Shown here: piece by piece, positions 38,180 through 46,468 of the stretch
How positions within the stretch are numbered: the first letter of the stretch is position 1
Layout of the letters: every line of letters starts with the position of its first letter
IMG/VR virus record: IMGVR_UViG_3300032782_000005
Coordinates: 1 to 64,000 of that record
Length of the DNA: 64,000 nucleotides
DNA from: a virus
Strand: one strand, 5' to 3'
Program-made: the position numbers and the translations under genes
The notes under the pieces: model-generated
Databases searched by the model: none
What the model was told of the DNA's origin: nothing
What the model saw: the letters and a program-made list of their open reading frames with translations, nothing else

Positions 38180-38596
38180 ATGCTGCATTGCAGATCGGAG
38201 GACGCTTTGCTCGCTCAAATACCCGCCCCTCCAACCGATTTTTTCAGCAACTCGATTCTGTTTGTGATCGCTGGCATCTTCATCGCGGATCGTGGGTTGT
38301 CGGTGTTCATTCAACTTCGGGCGCTGATCGGCTCCGGCGACAGCAGGTTGGCGACCAAGGGAGACGTGAAGGAGGCTCGAACTGAAGTAGTGGGCGACCT
38401 GGAGTTGCACAAGCGCGAGGATTCCAAGCATTTTGGCGAGGTCAAGGAGGAGATCAAGGGCGTCAAGGCTGACATCAAGGAAGTGCGAGAGGCAGTGAAC
38501 GAAACGCGGATCAGCACGGCGGAAATCGCGGCGGCATTGCGCGAGCATTTCAACATGACGCCATCACGGGTGGGGAGAAAGGACGGGGCGAAATGA
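38180..38596 (+). CDS. Membrane-anchored coiled-coil protein (holin-like)
   Basis: One hydrophobic segment, then heptad repeats. Confidence 0.5.
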   Translation: MLHCRSEDALLAQIPAPPTDFFSNSILFVIAGIFIADRGLSVFIQLRALIGSGDSRLATKGDVKEARTEVVGDLELHKREDSKHFGEVKEEIKGVKADIKEVREAVNETRISTAEIAAALREHFNMTPSRVGRKDGAK

Positions 38597-38898
38597 CGCC
38601 AGTGCGGAACGGTCTGGTGATGGTGGAGCGTCCGCCGACCGCAGAGAAAACACTGTCTCGCTTCGCGCTGTGGGTGCAGATCGTCATTGCCATCCTGTTC
38701 GCTGGGGCGTGGTTGCAATTGGAATTCTTCACGTTGCCGCGACTCGACGCCGCCTCGGCTGAATTGCAACAAGACAAGCAGCACCGGATGGAAATGCAAA
38801 CCGTCCGCGACGGCGAGATCAAGCAGAACGCCGACATCTTGCTCCAACTGGAACAGGAGCGGCGAATCCTCAAAGCCATGCAGGAGACTAAACCGTGA
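38593..38898 (+). CDS. Membrane-anchored coiled-coil protein
   Basis: FALWVQIVIAILFAGAWL transmembrane segment. Confidence 0.55.
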   Translation: MTPVRNGLVMVERPPTAEKTLSRFALWVQIVIAILFAGAWLQLEFFTLPRLDAASAELQQDKQHRMEMQTVRDGEIKQNADILLQLEQERRILKAMQETKP

Positions 38899-39095
38899 GT
38901 GGAGCCCAGCAAGTTTGGCAGGCGTATGTGGCGCTGGCGGCGGCTCAAAAGACATGGCGGCTGGCGATGCAAGCTTACGCCACGGCTCAGACGCAGCAGA
39001 ACGCGGCGAGCCTGAATGCGGCGGAGCAAGCTGTCGAGGTTGCCGACTCGTACTACCAGGCGGCGCTGAACAACTGGGCCAATGGCGGACATTAA
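38895..39095 (+). CDS. Small helical protein
   Basis: AGGAG RBS; coupled start. Confidence 0.55.
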   Translation: MSGAQQVWQAYVALAAAQKTWRLAMQAYATAQTQQNAASLNAAEQAVEVADSYYQAALNNWANGGH

Positions 39096-39112
39096 CGATA
39101 GGAGCCTGTTCA

Positions 39113-39394
39113 ATGAAGAACGAAACCGCGCAGGAAGTGAACCCCTCATGGCTGCTGGCCGCTATCGTCGCCGTCTGCATCGGCACGCTCATCGTATGCG
39201 TGATCCTCGACGTGACGGGGAACCAGGATCAAGTGCCGGTTGTCATGACCTTCGTAGTCCCCATCGCATCCGGCCTCATCGCGTGGAAGATCGACCTCAA
39301 CCGCCGCATCAGTCAGGCGGGGCAGCAGATCATTGAGAGCAAGGTCAACGGCCAGCGGGAACGGATTGAGGCGCTTGAGAAAAAGGTGAAGTGA
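39113..39394 (+). CDS. Two-TM holin-like protein
   Basis: Two hydrophobic helices and a charged tail; AGGAG RBS. Confidence 0.55.
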   Translation: MKNETAQEVNPSWLLAAIVAVCIGTLIVCVILDVTGNQDQVPVVMTFVVPIASGLIAWKIDLNRRISQAGQQIIESKVNGQRERIEALEKKVK

Positions 39395-39493
39395 TACACA
39401 CGGGGCGGGTGACGGGCCGGCTGGGAGGGGCGACCCGCCGGAGGCGTGAAGAGCGCCGCCCGCCCCACCTTTTACGGAGAGCGAGGAAACACA

Positions 39494-39805
39494 ATGCAAC
39501 TGGACGAAGCTAGAGGATTCGCGGCACATGCGTGGTGCGAAGACGCCAACAGCGGCAAGGTCTTAGACGTGGACTTAGCCGAGTCGTTCGCTCATATCCT
39601 GATGACGCGAGTGAACGAGGCAGTGCAGTCGCACAAGATCAGGGAAGCCCGTCGCGTCATGCGGTCGGCGTTGGCTGGGGACGCTGGATTCCGGCAGGGA
39701 TACATCGCCAACGTCGCCATGCTGTTGCACGACCACTATGGCATCACGGACTACGAAAAGCGGAACAAGGCCGCTGAGGAAATTCTCGACCTGATCTTCG
39801 GATGA
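39494..39805 (+). CDS. Hypothetical phage protein flanked by 15-nt direct repeats
   Basis: GAGGA RBS; TTTTACGGAGAGCGA at 39470 and 39808. Confidence 0.6.
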   Translation: MQLDEARGFAAHAWCEDANSGKVLDVDLAESFAHILMTRVNEAVQSHKIREARRVMRSALAGDAGFRQGYIANVAMLLHDHYGITDYEKRNKAAEEILDLIFG

Positions 39806-39823
39806 CTTTTTACGGAGAGCGAC

Positions 39824-40072
39824 ATGGGAGTCGCAATACGCCGGCTGAGGAACAAGACGGCCGAGGAGTGCCTGCTGCGGGCCGTCTCTCGGCGTGTGAA
39901 CTATCGACGCTTTATTGCCGCCACGGAGTTGTTGGCGGGGATGCTCTCCAACCCGGAAGTGGTGTCCGCTCGTGCGATGGGCGAGAACCGTGCCGACGCC
40001 GCCCTTGACCGGCTCGCCGATACGGCATGGCGACTGGTGGGGCGGCTGATGGGAAAGGCGGGGGTGATATGA
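39824..40072 (+). CDS. Hypothetical protein
   Basis: GGAG RBS. Confidence 0.5.
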   Translation: MGVAIRRLRNKTAEECLLRAVSRRVNYRRFIAATELLAGMLSNPEVVSARAMGENRADAALDRLADTAWRLVGRLMGKAGVI

Positions 40073-40218
40073 ACGACCTCTGGACCGTGATGCAGAACAA
40101 CCTCATCGTTCGCGCCGGCCTGCCCAAGGACGTGGCCGAAAAGGAACGGGACAAGCTCCAGGAGGCGGCCGGCAATATTGCCGTGACGTACTGGATCACT
40201 CCTACGGAGAAACCATGA
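40069..40218 (+). CDS. Small hypothetical protein
   Basis: ATGA coupling on both sides. Confidence 0.5.
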   Translation: MNDLWTVMQNNLIVRAGLPKDVAEKERDKLQEAAGNIAVTYWITPTEKP

Positions 40219-41618
40219 AGCGACTCCTCTATCTTCTGCCTATTCTGTTCGGCCTCGCCGCCGTGGCATCTATCCCGGCCGCCGATCCGCCGGACGCGCC
40301 GCCGGCGCCGGTTCACCATCCGCGCGGCTACAAACCTCTTCTCGCCGAGCAGGCCAAGGCCCTTCATGACGCCGCCTTCAAACGCCACGGATATCTGATG
40401 GCGTGGTTGGCCAAGCGTGCAACCCCGCCGGCCGTGTTCGACGCCGTCACGCAGGGATGGGTGCAGCCGATCGTGGATCAAGGCCAGTGCGGGGATTGCT
40501 ACGGGGTAAGTGCATCCGACGCGGTGACGGGCAGTTTCATCAAGGCCGGCTGGGGAAAGAACGACGGCAGTTTCAAGCTGAGCGACCAGTACGGCCTCGA
40601 CTGCGGCATGTACGAGGGAGGCTGCAACGGCGGCGACGAGGCCCAGGTGATCGACGCATACAAATCGAAGGGAGGCCCAGCCGAGCACTACGTCGATGCC
40701 AGCGGCAAGGCCGTTTCGGACTATGGCCCTTACACGGCAAACCCCGGCTCGTGCAAGCTAAAGGCCGGTGCGAAACTGTGGCAGGTTCAGGATTGGGGTT
40801 ATGTCGCGGGAGATCAGGGACAGGGGCCGGCGTCGCTGGCGGCGTACAAGGCCGCCCTGATGCAATACGGCCAGCTATCCATCGCCCTCGACGCCTCCAG
40901 TTTCGACAATTACAACAGCGGCGTCATCACGAACCTCGGCAACTCCATCGATCATGCGATTACCTGCGTGGGGTGGGACGATACTAAGCAGGCCCTTCAC
41001 TGCCGCAACAACTGGGGAACGTCGTGGGGCGAGCAAGGCTACTGCTGGATCAGCTACAAGGCAGTTCCGCAGATCGTGGAACCGATCTGGATTCTGGCTC
41101 CGGCCGTGACGCCTCCGCCAGTGCCGCCGCCTCCGGGGCCGACACCACCGCCGACGCCCAGCGGCAACCTCTACACCATGACGACCGATCCGACGACGGG
41201 GGTTATCAGCTTCACGCCGACCACGACGCCGACGCCGGCCGGGAGCGTCACGCTGACGCCGGATCAGGTGAAGCAATTGCAGCAATGGTTGGGTGGGCAG
41301 AACAAGGAGGCGCCTCTGCCGCCGCCTGAGCAGAAGAAGCCTGCCAAGCCGATGCCTCCGCCCGAGCCGCCGGAGTCGTTGGAATGGCGTCGGCCGCGCG
41401 ACCCCAGCATCACCAACGCGGCGGAGTTGTGGAGTCCGACGGCTCTCCGAGGTGAATGGATCACGCATCCCGGTGTGTATCTGCCTCGCCGGGGCGACGG
41501 CTGGGGCGAGGCATCTGAACCTCCCATCCCACCACCCGATAGTCGATGGGACCACAACCATTCGTATGTTTGGCAGACGCCGGGAGGACGCATCCCGGTG
41601 TCGGAGTTGAGACCTTAA
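40215..41618 (+). CDS. Secreted papain-family (C1A) cysteine peptidase with Pro-rich tail
   Basis: Signal peptide; DQGQCGDCY (catalytic Cys), DHAI..VGW (His), RNNWGTSWGEQGY (Asn). Confidence 0.9.
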   Translation: MKRLLYLLPILFGLAAVASIPAADPPDAPPAPVHHPRGYKPLLAEQAKALHDAAFKRHGYLMAWLAKRATPPAVFDAVTQGWVQPIVDQGQCGDCYGVSASDAVTGSFIKAGWGKNDGSFKLSDQYGLDCGMYEGGCNGGDEAQVIDAYKSKGGPAEHYVDASGKAVSDYGPYTANPGSCKLKAGAKLWQVQDWGYVAGDQGQGPASLAAYKAALMQYGQLSIALDASSFDNYNSGVITNLGNSIDHAITCVGWDDTKQALHCRNNWGTSWGEQGYCWISYKAVPQIVEPIWILAPAVTPPPVPPPPGPTPPPTPSGNLYTMTTDPTTGVISFTPTTTPTPAGSVTLTPDQVKQLQQWLGGQNKEAPLPPPEQKKPAKPMPPPEPPESLEWRRPRDPSITNAAELWSPTALRGEWITHPGVYLPRRGDGWGEASEPPIPPPDSRWDHNHSYVWQTPGGRIPVSELRP

Positions 41619-41623
41619 CGTAT

Positions 41624-41731
41624 TTCGGCGGCTGCGGCCGAATCCGCATCCAGGGAAGCGGCTTCGACTCGCACGGGCAACTGTGCGGGCGGCAGAAAAC
41701 TCGAAGGAAACCTGATCGGCCAGCCGCCGAA
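41624..41731 (+). ncRNA. Candidate structured RNA (long rod with GCAA tetraloop)
   Basis: 11-bp perfect terminal stem, nested GCCGA/TCGGC, CAGG/CCTG, TTCGA/TCGAA and GCACGG-GCAA-CTGTGC. Confidence 0.45.
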
Positions 41732-41768
41732 CCTTACACCTTCGCCCCTCTCACGGGAGACCTGTTTC

Positions 41769-41981
41769 ATGAGTCTGCTTCTGAAAATCCTGGCCCTGCT
41801 GTCGCAGCTCCAAAACCTCCAGCTGGTGCAGGACATTGAACAGTGCGTCATCACCAACACGTCGGCCGCCGCGATCTGGGCGTGCATCCTCGGCAAGCTG
41901 AACGGCCATCCAACCGTGACGGCGCACGACATGGCCCACATCGAGGCGGCGAAGACGTTGGCGACTGCGGCGAAGCTGTAA
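41769..41981 (+). CDS. Small hypothetical protein
   Basis: GGGAG RBS. Confidence 0.5.
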   Translation: MSLLLKILALLSQLQNLQLVQDIEQCVITNTSAAAIWACILGKLNGHPTVTAHDMAHIEAAKTLATAAKL

Positions 41982-42013
41982 CCGCCGATGTTTGACCACG
42001 AGGAGGGCGTGCC

Positions 42014-42136
42014 GTGTGGCAGCGCATCCAAAACTCCATCACGACCGTCCTCCTCGTGCTGTTCGGCGTCTTCATGATCGTGGGCGACTGGCTCGCCCGC
42101 AGCCTCGGATATGATCCGTGGAAGGGGAAAAAATGA
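42014..42136 (+). CDS. Small single-TM protein, 40 aa (not in ORF track)
   Basis: GAGGAGG RBS; VLLVLFGVFMIVG. Confidence 0.5.
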   Translation: MWQRIQNSITTVLLVLFGVFMIVGDWLARSLGYDPWKGKK

Positions 42137-42468
42137 GCGCTCCTACCGTGCAACTCAGAGGCGTCTGGCTACGGCGTGAAGGAAATTACGCCGTGGTAGA
42201 GGCATGGATGCCGGACGGCAGTTATCGGGAGATTATCCGCGAGCCGCTTGACTCGCCATTTTCCCATTGCGTTCACGCGGGCGGCATCAAAACGAGCCGG
42301 GTTGTCCGATCCACTTGCGCCGACTGCGGCGCGACCTTCGTTGGTTGGCCTCCGGGCCTTTGCTCCGCGTGCGCCCAGAAGGCATACGACACTACCGAAC
42401 CTGTTCCGATGTCCGAGAAGCGGATTCAGGAGATCGTTGACTACGCCGTGAGCAAGGAGCATTCATGA
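42133..42468 (+). CDS. Hypothetical Zn-ribbon protein
   Basis: CADC...CSAC. Confidence 0.55.
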   Translation: MSAPTVQLRGVWLRREGNYAVVEAWMPDGSYREIIREPLDSPFSHCVHAGGIKTSRVVRSTCADCGATFVGWPPGLCSACAQKAYDTTEPVPMSEKRIQEIVDYAVSKEHS

Positions 42469-43136
42469 GCAAGATTCTAATCGCCATCGTCCTCTTGTCC
42501 GCCGCCCTCCCTTCGGCCCGCGCCGACTCACTCTCCGACGCGCTATACGCCGTGGAGGTCCGGGGCGTCCACTACTTCAACGCGGGCGACGTGGCGACGT
42601 GCAGGAGCGAGTACCACGCGGCCCTCGAGGTCGCCGGCCCGAAGCTGCCGCCCGATCTCCAAGCCGTGGTCGCCGACGCCCTGGCCCGTGAGCAGGGTGA
42701 GCCGACCGATGAGGATGCCGCGTTCTTGTTGCGGGCGACGATTGACAAAGTGCGGAAGGGGCTGAAGGCTCCTATCATCCACCTCGACGCGACCCCGCTC
42801 AAAACCACCTGCCTCTGTCAGCAGGGCGGGCAATGCTTGTGCTTGCAGGCCGGTCTCGCTTGTCATTGCAACTCGGCTCACTCGCACGTGTTCACGTCGG
42901 CCCGTTACCGCTGGTCCATACATGGCGATTGGGCCGAACTGATCGACGCGGGGACGGGCAAGCAGGTTGGCGGGCTTATGTTCGACACGGGGCACTTTTT
43001 CCCCTACGTCGATGGCGTCTGGGGCGCGGCGTGCGAGCCGCCGATTGCGGCGCCGGCCAAGCCGCAGGTCAGCGTGGCCGCACCAATGCCAGTCATGACA
43101 ATGCGGAGCGTGCGCGGGTGTGCGTCGGGGACGTGA
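42465..43136 (+). CDS. Secreted Cys-rich protein
   Basis: Signal peptide; CLC..GQCLC..ACHC. Confidence 0.6.
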   Translation: MSKILIAIVLLSAALPSARADSLSDALYAVEVRGVHYFNAGDVATCRSEYHAALEVAGPKLPPDLQAVVADALAREQGEPTDEDAAFLLRATIDKVRKGLKAPIIHLDATPLKTTCLCQQGGQCLCLQAGLACHCNSAHSHVFTSARYRWSIHGDWAELIDAGTGKQVGGLMFDTGHFFPYVDGVWGAACEPPIAAPAKPQVSVAAPMPVMTMRSVRGCASGT

Positions 43137-43285
43137 AGGTGAACCAAGAGCCCCCGTGCGGGGCTGGAGGGAACGATGATCCTAACCCCCAACTACGCCA
43201 TGTCGCCCTTCTTCTGGCTCTCCGGCGGCCCGTGGAGCTGCTGGCACAGCGAACCGCCGCGAAGGATGATGGTGAAGGGAAGGCC

Positions 43286-43507
43286 ATGAGAAGCCACAAG
43301 TGTGAACAGTGCGGCGAGTTCTTCACGGCGCTAGATTCACCTCGCCTGTGTCCGGCGTGCGAGGAATATGAGGCGCTCATAGCTGACGATCTTCCCGAAT
43401 TGACCGATGAGGAGCGAGTCGCCATGAACTCGCTGCCGCCTGAGTTTGTGGAGCGAATTCTGCGAGGCGAGCGGCCTTTAACCGATCCAAAGACGTTTGC
43501 GAACTGA
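43286..43507 (+). CDS. Small Zn-ribbon protein
   Basis: CEQC...CPAC. Confidence 0.5.
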   Translation: MRSHKCEQCGEFFTALDSPRLCPACEEYEALIADDLPELTDEERVAMNSLPPEFVERILRGERPLTDPKTFAN

Positions 43508-43534
43508 TTCGCCCCCTACTCATGGAGGTCCGAA

Positions 43535-43771
43535 ATGAAAACCCTTGTGTCCGCCGCCCTCGCCCTCTGTCTGCTGTGTCTCGTGGCCTGCTTCGCGCGA
43601 GCCGACTGCCGCAACGGCTCCTGCTCTGCTCCGCCGACGTACACCTACGTCCAGACCAGCGGTGTCGTGGTGCAGGTCACGACCTCGGCTCCAGTTGGAT
43701 TTCGTCAGCGTCACCTGCAACGCCGCATCGACCGGCTGAATCGGCGGGCGGTGCGAGTGGCGGCGAGGTAA
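43535..43771 (+). CDS. Small secreted protein
   Basis: GGAGGT RBS; signal peptide then DCRNGSC; Arg-rich tail. Confidence 0.6.
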   Translation: MKTLVSAALALCLLCLVACFARADCRNGSCSAPPTYTYVQTSGVVVQVTTSAPVGFRQRHLQRRIDRLNRRAVRVAAR

Positions 43772-43871
43772 GGATGATCTTTCGGGGTGGGGTCGCAAAA
43801 ACCTCGTGGGAGCGACAACGTGTCGTAGGATTCTTTCCCATTGAACGAGGCTGGGTGCCCCGCCCCGATTC

Positions 43872-43893
43872 CTACTGGTAAAATTACCAGTAG
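43872..43893. repeat. 22-bp palindrome copy 5 (exact, opposite core orientation)
   Basis: CTACTGGTAAAATTACCAGTAG. Confidence 0.95.
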
Positions 43894-43932
43894 AAAATTA
43901 TCCCCTCTCATTTATAGCACATCAAGCTCCTC

Positions 43933-43960
43933 TTGCCTGCATCTACCAGGACGCTATCAT
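43933..43960 (+). promoter_or_regulatory. Sigma70-like promoter, probably leaderless
   Basis: TTGCCT-16-TATCAT, ATG 7 nt later, no SD. Confidence 0.5.
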
Positions 43961-43967
43961 GTAACGC

Positions 43968-44162
43968 ATGGACGCCACCAATCTGCGACCGACAAGCTTC
44001 CGCTTCGACCCTAAGTTTCTGGCCGAGCTAAAAGAACTGACTGATCTGTTGAGCAGCGGGGACGCCGGGCGTCTGACGCGCACGCAGGTCATCAGGGTTG
44101 CGGTCAGGCGACAACTCGATTTCGAGAAAGCCCGAAGGAAAAATTTCTCAAAATCGGATTGA
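43968..44162 (+). CDS. Ribbon-helix-helix (CopG/Arc-like) regulator
   Basis: PTSFRFD strand, helix, TRTQVIRVAV helix. Confidence 0.65.
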   Translation: MDATNLRPTSFRFDPKFLAELKELTDLLSSGDAGRLTRTQVIRVAVRRQLDFEKARRKNFSKSD

Positions 44163-44187
44163 CATTTCGCTATGCGGTAGCGAAGAT
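44159..44187 (+). promoter_or_regulatory. Promoter with inverted-repeat operator
   Basis: TTGACA then TTCGCTA-5-TAGCGAA across the spacer; weak -10. Confidence 0.55.
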
Positions 44188-44223
44188 GAGGATGTGGACG
44201 GAAGGCTCAACAAAGGAGACGCA

Positions 44224-44400
44224 ATGTTTCAGGGCTTTTTCGCCTGGCTCCGCAACCGCGTCAAGCAGGCGGTCGTGGCCGGCGTGCAGGAGGCGATGGA
44301 CGAACTGGCGACGGCGAAGGTGCAGGACGCGCCCGCCGAGCCGCAGTTGTTGACGTTCAAGGAGTCGGAAACGCCGGCCAAGCGCCGCAAGGCCGAGTGA
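44224..44400 (+). CDS. Small hypothetical protein
   Basis: AAAGGAG RBS. Confidence 0.6.
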   Translation: MFQGFFAWLRNRVKQAVVAGVQEAMDELATAKVQDAPAEPQLLTFKESETPAKRRKAE

Positions 44401-44423
44401 TCGTCCCAAAGGGAGGACGGGCG

Positions 44424-44579
44424 ATGTATTACATGTACGACGACGGGCAGTACATCATCTGCACACGTCTAGCGCCGCAAACGGCGCGAGCGGCGCAGGA
44501 TTGTCTTGCGGGGCCACTCACACTGGAGCAGGCCCGCGAATGGGCTTCTGCGGAAGAACGGTCGGTTATTTGGCGCTGA
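44424..44579 (+). CDS. Small hypothetical protein
   Basis: GGGAGG RBS. Confidence 0.5.
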   Translation: MYYMYDDGQYIICTRLAPQTARAAQDCLAGPLTLEQAREWASAEERSVIWR

Positions 44580-44603
44580 CGCACACAAGCAAAGGGGAAC
44601 GCA

Positions 44604-45044
44604 ATGCCTCTCACCAAGTACCAAGAAGACGAACGTATTCGCTGGCTCGACAGCCTGCGAGCCATGATCGAGTACGCCGAGGCGCATCCAGAGATGCCCG
44701 CGCCGGCGTGCTGGGACATGGCAAGCTTCTTCCCGAAAACGCGGGAGGAAATGGCCGAAGTCGCCCGTTATCACGCTCCGGTCGAAAAGGTTTTCTCCGG
44801 TCCACTTGAGGATGACTGGTTCTATATCAGGAAGAAAATCGGTGGCATCCAGCTTCGGTTCAATATGAGACGTGGAGAGGTCTGCACGAAGGTTCCGACT
44901 GGCGTGAAGAAACTGACCGTTCCCGCCGAGCCGGCCAAACCCGCGCGTGAAATTGAAATCGAACAGTACGAGTGGCGGTGCGACGCCATCCTCGCTCCGA
45001 GCGGCGAAGATGCGACGCCGGTTCCGGCCGAACACGCCATTTGA
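44604..45044 (+). CDS. Hypothetical phage protein
   Basis: AAAGGGG RBS; VCTKVPTG...EWRC. Confidence 0.65.
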   Translation: MPLTKYQEDERIRWLDSLRAMIEYAEAHPEMPAPACWDMASFFPKTREEMAEVARYHAPVEKVFSGPLEDDWFYIRKKIGGIQLRFNMRRGEVCTKVPTGVKKLTVPAEPAKPAREIEIEQYEWRCDAILAPSGEDATPVPAEHAI

Positions 45045-45059
45045 TGGAGCATCGCCGCC

Positions 45060-45413
45060 ATGCGCATCCTCGAAAACCGCTTTGATATCGAAGTCGAGAC
45101 GTGGGACGACCCAGGAGACTATCCAAACGCGCTCGCCGCCGGACCGCTGCCGTCTTACCAGTATGTCTGCGAAGTGCCAGGTCGGCTGATAGTCCAACTG
45201 GAGTTTGGCGATGACGATCCGGGCGAGGAGGCGGTGGAGATCGCACAAGAACACGCCGACTTGCCCGATGGCGTCACGGTCACGAAATGGGACATGCAGC
45301 GCGACGGCGACAAACTGACCTTCGAGGTCGCGGACTTCGAGGCAGAACGGCCAGAGCGGGAAGGCCCGGACCCGGACGAGTTGCGCGATGCGTGGCTGGA
45401 TCGGAATTACTGA
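45060..45413 (+). CDS. Acidic hypothetical protein
   Basis: GGAG RBS; very Asp/Glu rich. Confidence 0.65.
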   Translation: MRILENRFDIEVETWDDPGDYPNALAAGPLPSYQYVCEVPGRLIVQLEFGDDDPGEEAVEIAQEHADLPDGVTVTKWDMQRDGDKLTFEVADFEAERPEREGPDPDELRDAWLDRNY

Positions 45414-45421
45414 GGCAAGTT

Positions 45422-45508
45422 GGGAGCAATCACCGCAGTACAGGGTCAAAGGCTGCGACGGGATCGGGCATAACGTCCCGGAAGCGGGTTCGAGCCCCGC
45501 TGCTCCCC
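45422..45508 (+). tRNA. Degenerate tRNA-like element, CAT in the anticodon position
   Basis: GGGAGCA/TGCTCCC acceptor; GCGGG-TTCGAGC-CCCGC T-arm; 7-nt loop GGCATAA; oversized D-arm; no U33 or CCA. Confidence 0.5.
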
Positions 45509-45511
45509 CTG

Positions 45512-45663
45512 AATGCGTCTGCGGCGTGGAAGGACACGCAAAACTGTTCGCCGGGAAGCCGAATAGGAATCGAGGCGGCGAACCTGGACCTTTAGCTGCG
45601 TGGGCTATTTCCTCGATACCTAGACCCGGCGGCAGCCGGTACTCAAGCCCGGCCGGACGCATT
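45512..45663 (+). ncRNA. Second tRNA-like fold with a long stem replacing the anticodon arm
   Basis: AATGCGTCTG/CGGACGCATT terminal stem; GCGTG-GAAGGA-CACGC; GCCGG-loop-CCGGC; internal ATCGAGG/CCTCGAT. Confidence 0.45.
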
Positions 45664-45684
45664 CACAAACCAAGGGAGACACAA

Positions 45685-46395
45685 ATGTCCACGGCCATCG
45701 AGCCGTCCGCAATCACGCCGCTTTCCATCCTCCATGAAGCGATGGAGCGAGGCGTCAGTCCCGACCATCTGGAACGCCTTCTAGACTTGCAGGAGCGGTG
45801 GGAGAAGAACCGCGCCGCCGAGGCGTTCGCCACCGCGATCACCGGCTTTCAAGCCGAGTGCCCGACCGTCTTCAAGTCGCGTCAGGCAGGCAAGGAAGGC
45901 GACAAGATGCGGTACAAGTTCGCCTCTTTTGACGACGTGATGCAGCAGGCGGCGCCGCTCCTCTCGAAGTGGAAGATCGCCGTCTCCTTCCGCACCGAGC
46001 AGGCCCAGGCCGCCCTCAAGGTCATCTGCCGCGTCCGGGTCGGCATCCACTACGAGGATCACGAGTTCACGACGCCCATCCCGGCCATGTCCGTCAACGA
46101 CACGCAGAAGTTCGGGGCGGCCCTGTCCTACGCCAAGCGCTACTGTTTCTGCGCCGCCCTGAACATCGTGACGACCGACCGCGACACGGACGCCGCCGGC
46201 CTGATGGAGATGATCGGCGGCGACGAGATCGCCGTCATCAACGGCCTTCTGGAGAAGCATGGACGCGAGTTGGACGCCTTTCTGGCGTGGGCGAGCAAGG
46301 CGGCCGGCTTCGAGATCGAGTCGCTGGATAAGTTGCCCAAGGCGATTTACGCCAAGGCCGTTGACGTGCTGAGCCGCGCGGCGAGGAGGGCATAA
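45685..46395 (+). CDS. ERF-family ssDNA annealing protein
   Basis: LERLLDLQERWE...AF..A...FQ, YKFA..DDV, Q..GAALSYAKRY...AALNI...D.D. Confidence 0.85.
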   Translation: MSTAIEPSAITPLSILHEAMERGVSPDHLERLLDLQERWEKNRAAEAFATAITGFQAECPTVFKSRQAGKEGDKMRYKFASFDDVMQQAAPLLSKWKIAVSFRTEQAQAALKVICRVRVGIHYEDHEFTTPIPAMSVNDTQKFGAALSYAKRYCFCAALNIVTTDRDTDAAGLMEMIGGDEIAVINGLLEKHGRELDAFLAWASKAAGFEIESLDKLPKAIYAKAVDVLSRAARRA

Positions 46396-46400
46396 ATTCA

Positions 46401-46468
46401 TAGAATGGTAGAGCCGGATGGCTGGAACCACCCGGCTCACGAACACAACCCGCTGTCAGGAGCGAGTC
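46401..46468 (+). promoter_or_regulatory. -10 box plus two-hairpin leader of endonuclease gene 3
   Basis: TAGAAT; GAGCCGG/CCGGCTC stem; ACGAACACA; ACCCGCT/AGCGAGT stem; 1 nt; ATG. Confidence 0.65.

Noticed and set aside
45422-45508. Functional tRNA-Met
   Set aside because: Lacks U33, a normal D-arm and CCA; kept only as a tRNA-like element.
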